A DNA stretch of 64,000 bases, taken from contig CBDFLS010000001.1 of the NCBI GenBank assembly GCA_965249185.1, positions 445,918 to 509,917 on the forward strand, read 5' to 3'. Both the position numbers and the translations under genes were made by a program. Within the stretch, counting starts at the first letter, position 1. Every line of letters begins with the position of its first letter. Below are positions 45,953 to 53,545 of the stretch, one piece after another. The DNA comes from Dehalococcoidia bacterium (lineage in GTDB: Bacteria > Chloroflexota > Dehalococcoidia > Lucifugimonadales > Australimonadaceae). Under the pieces are notes generated by a model. That model made no database searches, had not been told where the DNA came from, and saw only the letters and a list, made by a program, of their open reading frames with translations.

Positions 45953-46394
45953 CCACCGATGATAATCGATTGACACTTCTTAAAAGTTGTGATTGACTAG
46001 CGGGCGTCATGAGTGACGCCCGCTTTGCTGTGTTTATCGTTGCGATCGTGCTGTTGACGATGGCGCACCACTACGCGATGAAAGCCATCTATAAGTGGGT
46101 CCGGCCCCAAGAACGGGCAATCCGTTTCATAGGGGTCAACTTTACGGCCACGCAACTCATCTCATGGTCAGCGTTCGTTTGGCTAATATGGTCAACGACG
46201 TTGAGCACCGAAGAGAAGCTGACATTGCTGGCGATAGTGACAGCACTGGTCGGTGGCGTAATCATCTTTCTCTGGCGAATGATTCTGGCACATATCAGGG
46301 TGAGGCGCTGATCTCATGAGTGGCGCCCGTTTTTATTATCCCAAAGTCCTCCCGCTACGGTGGGCATCGTGACTTCGAGCATACTGACCACCCA
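45875..46394 (+). repeat. 520-bp direct repeat, copy B
   Basis: See copy A; offset is exactly 2,433 bp at both ends. Confidence 0.85.
46009..46311 (+). CDS. 100-aa 3-TM membrane protein, paralogue B
   Basis: Same length as paralogue A; 18 aa substitutions and 1 synonymous codon difference (manual alignment). Confidence 0.6.
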   Translation: MSDARFAVFIVAIVLLTMAHHYAMKAIYKWVRPQERAIRFIGVNFTATQLISWSAFVWLIWSTTLSTEEKLTLLAIVTALVGGVIIFLWRMILAHIRVRR

Positions 46395-46671
46395 GGCAAC
46401 GGCGCCGGATGTGTATTGGGTAACGGTCTATCTCCACAGCCCTCATCCTTGGAGCACCGCCCCAGCCCAAAAGGTGGAGTTTCGGTGTATCGGGACCCCA
46501 GACAGCAGGGAAAAATGGCACCTGGACTTGGCGGAGCCAACGCTCCCATTGAAACGGATACCCAAAGGGCAGAGCGAGTACCTGATCAATGCGCTGGCAA
46601 CTCAACTAGCACCCCTGGTCTTTCCGCGAAGGCTGCGGAGATTCAACACGGGGATCGTGAGCGTGGAGTAA
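46360..46671 (+). CDS. hypothetical protein
   Basis: 103-aa ORF; start uncertain because it begins inside the repeat; no family recognised. Confidence 0.4.
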   Translation: MGIVTSSILTTQATAPDVYWVTVYLHSPHPWSTAPAQKVEFRCIGTPDSREKWHLDLAEPTLPLKRIPKGQSEYLINALATQLAPLVFPRRLRRFNTGIVSVE

Positions 46672-46674
46672 GCC

Positions 46675-47469
46675 ATGCCCAGGCGAATGACCACCGCTGC
46701 GCGGAAAGTCATTTACCCGGTCCTGGTCGCTAGGGACGGTGAGCGGTGCCGACTATGCGGGCGACGGCCAGAGCAAACGGCAGAGGAATTTCTAGAGATT
46801 GACCACGTAGACGGAGACTCGGAACACAACGTACTCGACAACTATCGTTTGCTCTGTAAGCCCTGCAACGTCGGAGAGGAAAACAGGCTGCGGGCGGAAA
46901 TAGTGCAGAAATCGCGCGCCGGGCGCAGCGTTATGTCAAGTAGCAACGGCAAGCTGCCTAGCTACGAAAATGGCCGTGCTATTCACCGAGTGCCCGGCGG
47001 CAGAGAGAGAGAGAAAAAAAACGGGAACACTCCCGCACTCCCTCATATCGACTCTATCCATGACCACCTTGATTACGGTCGTGGTTCACTGGAAATGCAA
47101 GCTAATGAACACTTTGAAGTCCCTTGGGTGACTTGGTTAGTGCGACGACTACTGACTGAGGGGCCAGTGAATGCCAAGGATGCCGTAAACGCTGGCGCTG
47201 AACACGTCGGTTGCAATCCGTCCACAGCAAAGAAATACCTAGACAAGAAAACGTCCAGTGAGGGGATGTTCGAGCTGGTCAAAGACCCGATCACACGCCG
47301 GTCAATGGTGCATCTGCGAAGCAACGTATTTGGCCCCCGGTCAACGGACGGACCAGCGGACCACGCGGCCCCGGTCAACGGACGGACCAGTAGGAGCATA
47401 GTCAGCGCGGGCGCTAAGAGACAGGCGCGGCGCGAGCGCAAGAACGGGCATGGCAAGCCACATGGGTAG
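46675..47469 (+). CDS. HNH endonuclease-domain protein with C-terminal wHTH-like region
   Basis: CRLCGRRP...EIDHVDGDSEHNVLDNYRLLCKPCN (HNH/zinc-finger pattern). Confidence 0.75.
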   Translation: MPRRMTTAARKVIYPVLVARDGERCRLCGRRPEQTAEEFLEIDHVDGDSEHNVLDNYRLLCKPCNVGEENRLRAEIVQKSRAGRSVMSSSNGKLPSYENGRAIHRVPGGREREKKNGNTPALPHIDSIHDHLDYGRGSLEMQANEHFEVPWVTWLVRRLLTEGPVNAKDAVNAGAEHVGCNPSTAKKYLDKKTSSEGMFELVKDPITRRSMVHLRSNVFGPRSTDGPADHAAPVNGRTSRSIVSAGAKRQARRERKNGHGKPHG

Positions 47470-47477
47470 CTTCATTA

Positions 47478-47684
47478 TGGGGAAGCAGACCAACCCTGCT
47501 CTTTTGCCCAAAATGCGGCGGGCAGCACATAGACAAGGGGATATGGGCCACGACTCGCCTCCACCGAACGCACCTTTGCGAGCATTGTGGAACCGAATGG
47601 AGGCCGTACTCCGTTCATACGATTGGCGTAGATGTCGCTCCCACGCCACGGGAGGCGCGGCGTCCTGAGGAGATGACCGGATGA
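47478..47684 (+). CDS. small zinc-ribbon protein, translationally coupled to the C5-MTase stub; start codon unclear
   Basis: ...LLFCPKCGGQHIDKGIWATTRLHRTHLCEHCGTEWRPYSVH...; stop overlaps the next ATG (ATGA at 47681). No canonical start in the open frame. Confidence 0.45.
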   Translation, partial: WGSRPTLLFCPKCGGQHIDKGIWATTRLHRTHLCEHCGTEWRPYSVHTIGVDVAPTPREARRPEEMTG

Positions 47685-47812
47685 GTAGGCAATTCCTGGT
47701 GGCCGATCTCTTCTGCGGCGCGGGCGGCAGCAGCACCGGCGCGGAGCGTGCTGTGCGGGAACTCGACGCCGAGTCGGTGCCCTCGGTGCGGGTGGTTCCA
47801 TGCGTCGGGTGA
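47681..47812 (+). pseudogene. C5-cytosine DNA methyltransferase, N-terminal fragment (motif I only)
   Basis: MSRQFLVADLFCGAGGSSTGAERAVRELDA, then unrelated residues and a stop after 43 codons. Confidence 0.7.
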
Positions 47813-47860
47813 GTGCCCATCCAGGCAGGAGGATAGCTGACTCACTAAGGGGGTGAGCTG

Positions 47861-48028
47861 GTGAAGTGCCGAATGTGCGGTAAGTACATGATGGACGAGG
47901 AGGAGGCTATGGAGCTGCGATCAGAGATTGAGGCGTCGAGCGCCTCTCTGGAGGGGCGATTCTCGGACCTGAACAACCTGAATCTCTGCGATCCCTGCCT
48001 CCGCCGCCAGCTCCAGGAGCGGCGCTAA
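47861..48028 (+). CDS. 55-aa CxxC...CxxC micro-protein lying between the two C5-MTase fragments
   Basis: AAGGGGG RBS then GTG; VKCRMCGKYMMDEEEAMELRSEIE...NLCDPCLRRQLQERR; its stop overlaps the next ATG (TAATG). Confidence 0.5.
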   Translation: MKCRMCGKYMMDEEEAMELRSEIEASSASLEGRFSDLNNLNLCDPCLRRQLQERR

Positions 48029-48654
48029 TGGCAGCCTGGAAGCGATGCTTGTTGGTGGAGAACGTGCGCGAGTTCGTGGAATGGGGACCGCTGACGGCCG
48101 ATGGCCGTCCTGACCACTCCAAGCGAGGCATCTACTTTGAAGCATGGATCCGGGCCATGTGGGAGCTGGGCTACCAGGCCGAATGGCGCTATCTGAACGC
48201 CGCGGACTATGGGGATGCCACCACGCGGATCCGCTTCTTTCTCCAGGCCCGCAAGGACGGCCTGCCCATCCGGTGGCCGGAGCCCACGCACGCGGCGCCA
48301 AGTGCCGGTGGGCTCTTCGATGGCCTCCTCCCTTGGCGGCCCGCCCGGGAGGTTATCGACTGGGAGAACAGAGGCCGGTCGCTGCTGGATGACCCTCGCT
48401 ATCAGAAGCGGCCGTTGAGCGATAAGACCCGCATGCGTATCGCCCGTGGGCTTAAGCGGTTCGATGGTCCACTGGCCCCGCTGTACATCGGACTGCTGGA
48501 CCTGGAGCCCACGGAGGGACCAGGCGGGCCCGGTCCGCAGCCCTTCGTCTGGTGGGCCTCGTTCTGCGTGATCCTGGGAACTGCCGGGGTGATCTGGTCG
48601 TACCGGGTCACATGGGACGCAGTACGGAACATTACCCGCGTGGGAGGCAATTGA
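48028..48654 (+). pseudogene. C5-cytosine DNA methyltransferase, central fragment (motifs VI-VIII); catalytic PC motif and C-terminal motifs absent
   Basis: LLVENVREFVEWGP (ENV), LGYQAEWRYLNAADYGDATTRIRFFLQARK (QxRxR-like); the tail degenerates. Confidence 0.65.
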
Positions 48655-48656
48655 AC

Positions 48657-49502
48657 ATGGACAGGAATGTACGGATCGGCGACACGATCGAGTACACCAA
48701 GGGTATGAGCACACCGCGTCTAACGTATCTAAGCCTGGGCTGGGGCGTCCAATCCTTCACGATGGCGGCGATGATCGCACTCGGCGACCTTCCCCCCGTC
48801 GATTTCGCCATCCACGCCGATACAGGACACGAAGCAGCCGGCACCTACGCACACGCAAAGGCCTGGACGCCCTGGCTTGCACAGCACGGCGTCCAGGTCG
48901 TTACGGTCAAAGGGAGCCGGACCGACGTAGTACGCGAGGACTGGGGCTCCGTGATGATCCCGGCCTTCACGACGGACTGCAAAACGGGCAGCAGGGGGCA
49001 GGTCCGGCGCCAGTGCACGCACGACTGGAAGATCATGCCAATTCGTCGGTTCCTCCGTTCGATTATGGGCTCACGGCCAGCTCCCGGCGCTGTCGAATGC
49101 TGGCAGGGGATTACGATTGACGAGTTTCAACGAATGCGGACCTCCGACGTGAAATACACCACCAACGCCTATCCGTTGGTGGACCGGCGAATATCCCGCG
49201 CCGATTGCATAGGTTGGCTCGTTGCACACGGCTTGACGGTGCCACCTAAGTCGGCCTGTACGTTCTGCCCGTTCCACTCACTAGACGCCTGGCGGCGGAT
49301 GAAACGAGCGGGCGGCTCGGATTGGAAGCGCGCCGTATTCGTGGACCAGGCCATCCGAGAGGAGCGGCCAAAACACGAGCTATTCGTTCACCCGGCGAGG
49401 AAGCCACTCCCGCTGGCTGTGTCCATCCCTGAGGACCACGGCGGCGCCCAGGCGGAAATGGACTTGGAGACGCCTTGCGATGGTGGAGTGTGCTTCACAT
49501 GA
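48657..49502 (+). CDS. phage-type PAPS-reductase-like (adenine-nucleotide alpha-hydrolase) protein
   Basis: GGGAGG RBS; SLGWGVQSFTMAAM...HADTGHE...RRQCTHDWKIMPIRRFLR...ACTFCPFHS. Confidence 0.75.
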   Translation: MDRNVRIGDTIEYTKGMSTPRLTYLSLGWGVQSFTMAAMIALGDLPPVDFAIHADTGHEAAGTYAHAKAWTPWLAQHGVQVVTVKGSRTDVVREDWGSVMIPAFTTDCKTGSRGQVRRQCTHDWKIMPIRRFLRSIMGSRPAPGAVECWQGITIDEFQRMRTSDVKYTTNAYPLVDRRISRADCIGWLVAHGLTVPPKSACTFCPFHSLDAWRRMKRAGGSDWKRAVFVDQAIREERPKHELFVHPARKPLPLAVSIPEDHGGAQAEMDLETPCDGGVCFT

Positions 49503-50023
49503 AAGCCGCCCTCTGGCTCCGCGTCTCGACTCAGGAGCAGGAGACGGCCAATCAGGGGGCCGCGCTGTCCAAACTTGCCGCCGCCCGAGATCTCGAGATC
49601 GCACGCACCTTCACCGTCACGGAGAGCGCCTACAAAGGCGAGCACCGCGCCCAGCTCCAAGAGCTGATCAAGGGCGCCCAGCAGGGCCAGTATCAAGTCG
49701 TGTTCATATGGGCGCTGGACCGGCTCTCCCGTGAAGGCCCCCTGGCGACGCTGGAGGCCGTGGATCGGCTGCTCAGGGCTGGCTGTACCGTCGTCTCGCT
49801 ACAGGAGCCGTGGTTAGAGGCCAGCGGCGAGCTCAGGGATTTGCTGATCTCCCTGGTGGCGTGGATTGCCCGTTGGGAGTCCGCCCGGCGCTCGGAGCGG
49901 ACCAAGGCCGGGCTCGCGCGGGCCGTCGCCGAGGGTAAGCCGCTGGGCCGGCCAACCGGAGCCGGAGACAAGCGCAAGCGCCAGAGCCGACGCGAGGCCG
50001 ATTACCGCCGGCGTTATACGTGA
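49499..50023 (+). CDS. small serine recombinase (resolvase/invertase catalytic domain) without a C-terminal HTH
   Basis: MKAALWLRVSTQEQ (nucleophile Ser), WALDRLSREG, E-helix ...RTKAGLARAVAEGKPLGRP, then only a 25-aa Arg/Lys tail. Confidence 0.85.
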   Translation: MKAALWLRVSTQEQETANQGAALSKLAAARDLEIARTFTVTESAYKGEHRAQLQELIKGAQQGQYQVVFIWALDRLSREGPLATLEAVDRLLRAGCTVVSLQEPWLEASGELRDLLISLVAWIARWESARRSERTKAGLARAVAEGKPLGRPTGAGDKRKRQSRREADYRRRYT

Positions 50024-50133
50024 ACTGCAGTGCGATAAAAACGTCACCCGAAATGCGGCCGCACTTCAGCTACGGCGCCGGCCCGTTTCGCCGGCAGGAT
50101 AAATAGGAACCTTTTTAGCAGTTAGGAGGCGTG

Positions 50134-50274
50134 ATGAAGGTCATAAATGAGTTCCACGACCACCTAGACGTTTGCCAACAGCGCGAAGCTCATCCGTTTA
50201 ACCTTTGTACGACAGGGGCTAGGCTCCTGGAAGAAACAGTTGATCGAATACAGAATGAAATGGAGCGGCGCTAG
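50134..50274 (+). CDS. 46-aa hypothetical protein
   Basis: AGGAGG RBS 5 nt upstream; MKVINEFHDHLDVCQQREAHPFNLC...; its stop abuts the next ATG. Confidence 0.45.
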   Translation: MKVINEFHDHLDVCQQREAHPFNLCTTGARLLEETVDRIQNEMERR

Positions 50275-50550
50275 ATGAACATCATTGCCTACCGAGTCGC
50301 TTCCGCTGGGCTCGGGCTCACGGTGCTCAGTGTCCTGCGCGTTGCTTGGTGGCTGTGGGTGCATTATTACGTCCCCCTCCACGCTCGGGCGCCCCGGTCT
50401 GGCGAGCCCGCCTGGTTCTATCTCGGTGGCCCCCCGTGTTCGCTGTGCCCGGCGATAGGGGCCAAGGGCAGGGCGCGCGCGCAGGCAGAGGACGACTGCC
50501 GTGCGCTCCACGCCGAGCTTCCGTTTCCGCCCAGGAGGGAACCAGTGTGA
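50275..50550 (+). CDS. 91-aa hypothetical membrane protein
   Basis: One N-terminal TM helix; coupled to its neighbours by overlapping stop/start codons. Confidence 0.4.
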   Translation: MNIIAYRVASAGLGLTVLSVLRVAWWLWVHYYVPLHARAPRSGEPAWFYLGGPPCSLCPAIGAKGRARAQAEDDCRALHAELPFPPRREPV

Positions 50551-50714
50551 TCCACGCAATTGCCGAGGAATGCGCCCACCATTGGATGCTAGAGCGGCCC
50601 GCTGGTGGTGCCGTAGTGTCCGGTGTCTGCCGTCTCTGTGGAGCGGGCCCACGCGACTTTCCGGTGGCGCCGCCGGACAAGACGGCCTGGAAGCGCAGGA
50701 CCTATGAGTCGTAG
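50547..50714 (+). CDS. 55-aa Cys/His-motif protein
   Basis: AGGAGGGA RBS then GTG; VIHAIAEECAHHWMLERPAGGAVVSGVCRLCGAGPRDF (C-x-HH-W ... CxxC). Confidence 0.45.
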   Translation: MIHAIAEECAHHWMLERPAGGAVVSGVCRLCGAGPRDFPVAPPDKTAWKRRTYES

Positions 50715-50889
50715 GCGTCCGCTACATCTTATCCCACATTTCCCAGATCAGCCGCGTGGGTGCGTCGTAATCCGGTAAGAGTGCTGCCTATTTGAGCCGC
50801 CTACCTGGGCGTTATGGGCAGTGTGGGTGCTAGACTGGCCGAGCTAGCGGGTCTAGTTCTGGATACCGCAATCTCGCTGGAGGCACCCA

Positions 50890-51363
50890 ATGGGTGAAAG
50901 CTCCGACACCCCTTTGAAGCTCCAATTCGACCGCAGAGTCCGCCTGGATTTTCGTGGCGCTACCATCACCTCGGACGCCGGACTCCTGGCATGCCGCGAG
51001 CTTGATGCCGCTCTGGGGCTCACAGAGACAGCCAACGATTATATCCATGAAAGCCGCACCGGCCGCAATGTGCAACACCCGCTGTTGCCCTTGCTCAGAC
51101 AATCGGTGTATAGCCGTCTCGCTGGCTACGAGGACACCAACGACGCTGAACGGCTTGCCCAAGACCCGGCTATGCGTGTCATCGTCGGGTGGCAAGGTAC
51201 TGATAAGCAGGCAGCCAGCACCAATACTATGAGCCGATTTGAGACTGAGGTGTTAACCGAAGAGGAAAACCTGGATGGGCTTGCGCGCCTGAATGTTGAG
51301 TGGGTGGCTAGGGCCATGGCCCAGACATCTCACCAGCGAGTTATCCTAGACATGGACAGCTCT
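50890..51363 (+). pseudogene. IS1380-family transposase, N-terminal about 157 codons only
   Basis: LKLQFDRRVRLDFRGATITSDAGLLACRELD...LLRQSVYSRLAGYEDTNDAERL...VILDMDSS, then homology stops abruptly. Confidence 0.7.
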
Positions 51364-51383
51364 ACACAGGGCTGGCTCTTGGC

Positions 51384-52235
51384 GTGGCCAGCGTATCGGT
51401 GGCCGCCATCCTCATCCGCCTGGCCGATGCCGAGCCTTTGACCGTGGCCGCCTACCGAATGGGCCTCGCCGCATTACTGGTGTCCGGCTTCGCCATGGCG
51501 AGGGCACGGAGCCAGTTCCGGGGACTCTCCTGGGGGGATGGGCGATGGCTGCTGGTGTCGGGCGGTTTGCTGGCAATCCATTTTGCGGGATTTATCGGCT
51601 CCCTGGAGCTCACCTCCGTGGCCAACTCGGTCTTCCTCAGCACCACGGCGCCCCTCTTCGTGGCCATCGGCTCCCATTGGGGCCTGCGGGAGCGAGTGGG
51701 GCCCGTAGTAGCGGGGGCGGTGCTAATAAGTCTGGCCGGCGGCGCGGTACTGGCCGTGGGCGATTGGCGGGATGGTGCCGACTCGCTGCGTGGCGATGGA
51801 CTGGCCCTGCTAGGGGGGCTGGCGGCCGCGGGCTATCTGCTGGTAGGACGCAGGGTACGCCGCCGGTTGCCGCTGCTGCCCTACATCAGCGTGGTCTACA
51901 CCGTTGCAGCGGTACTGCTCCTGGCGTCCGCCTTGGCTGCGGGGTCGCCACTCTCCGGCTATCCCTCCTCCAGCTACGTTTGGATGGTGCTGGTGGCCCT
52001 GATCCCTCAGGTGACCGGCCACTCGGCCATAAACTGGGCGCTGGCCCATCTGGACGCTACCATCGTTTCGCTCTCCATCCGCGCCGAGCCGGTCATCGCC
52101 ACCGCCCTGGCCGTGCCGGTCCTTGGCGAAACACCACGCTGGACCGTCGTCCCTGGTGGTCTGCTCATCCTGGCCGGCGTCTATCTGGCCGTGCGCGCCA
52201 GCGCGCCGTCCCGGGGCCGGTCTGGCGCGGTATAA
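51384..52235 (+). CDS. EamA/DMT-family transporter, N-terminus apparently clipped
   Basis: 10-TM EamA-like repeats. In-frame upstream codons (GLALGV) continue TM1 back to the IS junction at about 51363. GTG 51384 is only a possible start. Confidence 0.75.
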   Translation: MASVSVAAILIRLADAEPLTVAAYRMGLAALLVSGFAMARARSQFRGLSWGDGRWLLVSGGLLAIHFAGFIGSLELTSVANSVFLSTTAPLFVAIGSHWGLRERVGPVVAGAVLISLAGGAVLAVGDWRDGADSLRGDGLALLGGLAAAGYLLVGRRVRRRLPLLPYISVVYTVAAVLLLASALAAGSPLSGYPSSSYVWMVLVALIPQVTGHSAINWALAHLDATIVSLSIRAEPVIATALAVPVLGETPRWTVVPGGLLILAGVYLAVRASAPSRGRSGAV

Positions 52236-52262
52236 TGGCGCCGTTGCGCAGGCGGTCACCCC

Positions 52263-52316
52263 ATGCTGTTGGAACTCACCGTTCGGAACTTCGCCGTCAT
52301 CGAGGAGGCTCGGCTG
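52263..52316 (+). pseudogene. recN: recN 5' stub (first about 18 codons)
   Basis: MLLELTVRNFAVIEEARL matches the canonical RecN N-terminus (MLxxLxIxNFAxIe). No GETGAGKS follows. Confidence 0.6.
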
Positions 52317-52366
52317 ATGCTGGCTAAGAGTCGCTACCTGCCAAGCCACTTGAAAGGACTCAGGGA

Positions 52367-52522
52367 ATGACTGCCAAAAGAGACACGAATCTGAAGGATA
52401 CGCTCACACAGGAACAAGCACAGCGCAAAGCTGTTGTGACCAAGATGCTTGCGGAGCGAGAGCAGCGCCAGCGAGTGTCCCATGAGGAGATAAGGAGGAT
52501 GCGCAGCGAGGGCCGCCACTAG
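52367..52522 (+). CDS. putative antitoxin (51 aa, charged), coupled to a PIN-toxin stub
   Basis: ...SHEEIRRMRSEGRH C-terminus; its stop overlaps the GTG of the PIN stub; family assignment weak. Confidence 0.4.
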   Translation: MTAKRDTNLKDTLTQEQAQRKAVVTKMLAEREQRQRVSHEEIRRMRSEGRH

Positions 52523-52568
52523 TGGCCATCGTCATTGATGCGTCCGTCGCGGCAGCTTGGTGTTTTCC
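52522..52568 (+). pseudogene. vapC (PIN-domain toxin) 5' stub, about 15 codons
   Basis: VAIVIDASVAAAWCF is the typical PIN N-terminal strand with the catalytic Asp. Homology ends at about 52568. Confidence 0.55.
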
Positions 52569-52683
52569 CCCTTATAGGGCTTGGAGCGCCGCCCCCGGGG
52601 TATATAATTCGCCCGAAGTCTAGGCTCGGCGATGGAAGAGGTAGAGGGAATGAGAAAAGATACAACACCGGCTGAAACAGAGG

Positions 52684-53190
52684 GTGGTGATGATCGGGCG
52701 ATGGCGAATATGGCGGCGGCTAGAGAAGAATGGTACGGCGAAGAAGTCCTATCGCGCTCAGCGGCGGACAGCGCTGAGGATCATGCGGGCAGTGGCGAAC
52801 GATCCACAGCGCATCTATGGTTTGTGGGCCTACCTTGCCGATTCCCATTATCATCTCGGCCCGTCGCCCACTCGATATGAGTGCCCCGCATGCAACCTCC
52901 ACCGTCGGCGGGTCCTGGCTGGCTATATTCAATCGCCTCTATCGTTTTATGACAAGCGAAAGCCGGGGTTCGCCGGCGCCTTTTATTTCTGTCGGATGTG
53001 CAAGTTCGCTGTGCCGTGTCCAACATGGGAGTTGGGGCTGGCGGAGTTGGGCGTCACGATGCGATGGCTGCTCCGTATCGCGTTCCCACGCAGCGGGACA
53101 AAAGGACTTGCTTCCGTGGACGAATTGGGCTGGCCTGCCGCCGCTACGGAGCGGGAGCGAGCGCTGGCTGCGCTAGACGCCCTTCGGTGA
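52684..53190 (+). CDS. Cys-rich hypothetical protein (first gene of the virus-like element)
   Basis: 168-aa ORF; CPACN...CRMCKFAVPC; start uncertain. Confidence 0.45.
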   Translation: MVMIGRWRIWRRLEKNGTAKKSYRAQRRTALRIMRAVANDPQRIYGLWAYLADSHYHLGPSPTRYECPACNLHRRRVLAGYIQSPLSFYDKRKPGFAGAFYFCRMCKFAVPCPTWELGLAELGVTMRWLLRIAFPRSGTKGLASVDELGWPAAATERERALAALDALR

Positions 53191-53545
53191 TGGTGACGTG
53201 GACCTGGCTCGTGGGGGTCAGCAGCAGGCGGGTGGCCGCTCCTCCATCGAAGGCCAGCCACCTGAGCTCCTGAAAGCCACCGAAGCTCGTTGTAACCACG
53301 GGGCCCTGAGCGTAGTAGACCGCGGGTTCTGTTCCTCCCCCATCGCTCGACACCTCGATCACCCACAGCCGGTCCGGGCTGGACAGGTCAACGAATCTGT
53401 CCGGTAGCGGCGCTACGGAGGGCGTAGGGGTCGGCTCGGTCGTCGCCGTGGCCCTCGGCAGTATGTCGATCACGCGCTGGTCCCCGCCGCCGCAAGCGGC
53501 CAGCAGTAACAGGGCCAGTACTGGTAAGAGAAGTCTCTTTTTCAT
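53144..53545 (-). CDS. lipoprotein
   Basis: MKKRLLLPVLALLLLAACGGG lipobox; 133 aa. Confidence 0.7.
   Translation of the reverse strand: MKKRLLLPVLALLLLAACGGGDQRVIDILPRATATTEPTPTPSVAPLPDRFVDLSSPDRLWVIEVSSDGGGTEPAVYYAQGPVVTTSFGGFQELRWLAFDGGAATRLLLTPTSQVHVTITEGRLAQPALAPAP

Noticed and set aside
43576-46311. Diversity-generating retroelement (TR/VR pair) as the explanation for the hyper-variable 100-aa paralogues.
   Set aside because: No reverse transcriptase ORF is present in the window. Substitutions are not adenine-specific: only 7 of 22 changes have A in copy A and 5 of 22 in copy B. Changes are spread over the whole ORF.
41286-46400. CRISPR array or integron cassette array.
   Set aside because: The repeats are 100-520 bp protein-coding modules, not 25-40-bp repeats with unique spacers. 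There are no cas genes, no tyrosine IntI integrase and no attC-like sites of regular spacing.
43887-46733. ORFs 43887..44171 and 46320..46733 starting with MAPVFIIPKSS...
   Set aside because: Their shared 5' part is the T-tract of the duplicated terminator. Downstream, copy B is compositional nonsense. In copy A the real DUF4326 start is more plausibly the ATG at 44010.
41207-50023. Classic tRNA-integrated prophage with the serine recombinase as integrase, and an attR repeat of the tRNA-Asp 3' end.
   Set aside because: I found no second copy of the tRNA 3' segment between 41.3 and 52.6 kb; the best match is the 8-mer AATCCGGT. The recombinase is a 174-aa resolvase-type enzyme at the far end, not a large serine or tyrosine integrase. 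Island status is kept, but the mechanism is unresolved.
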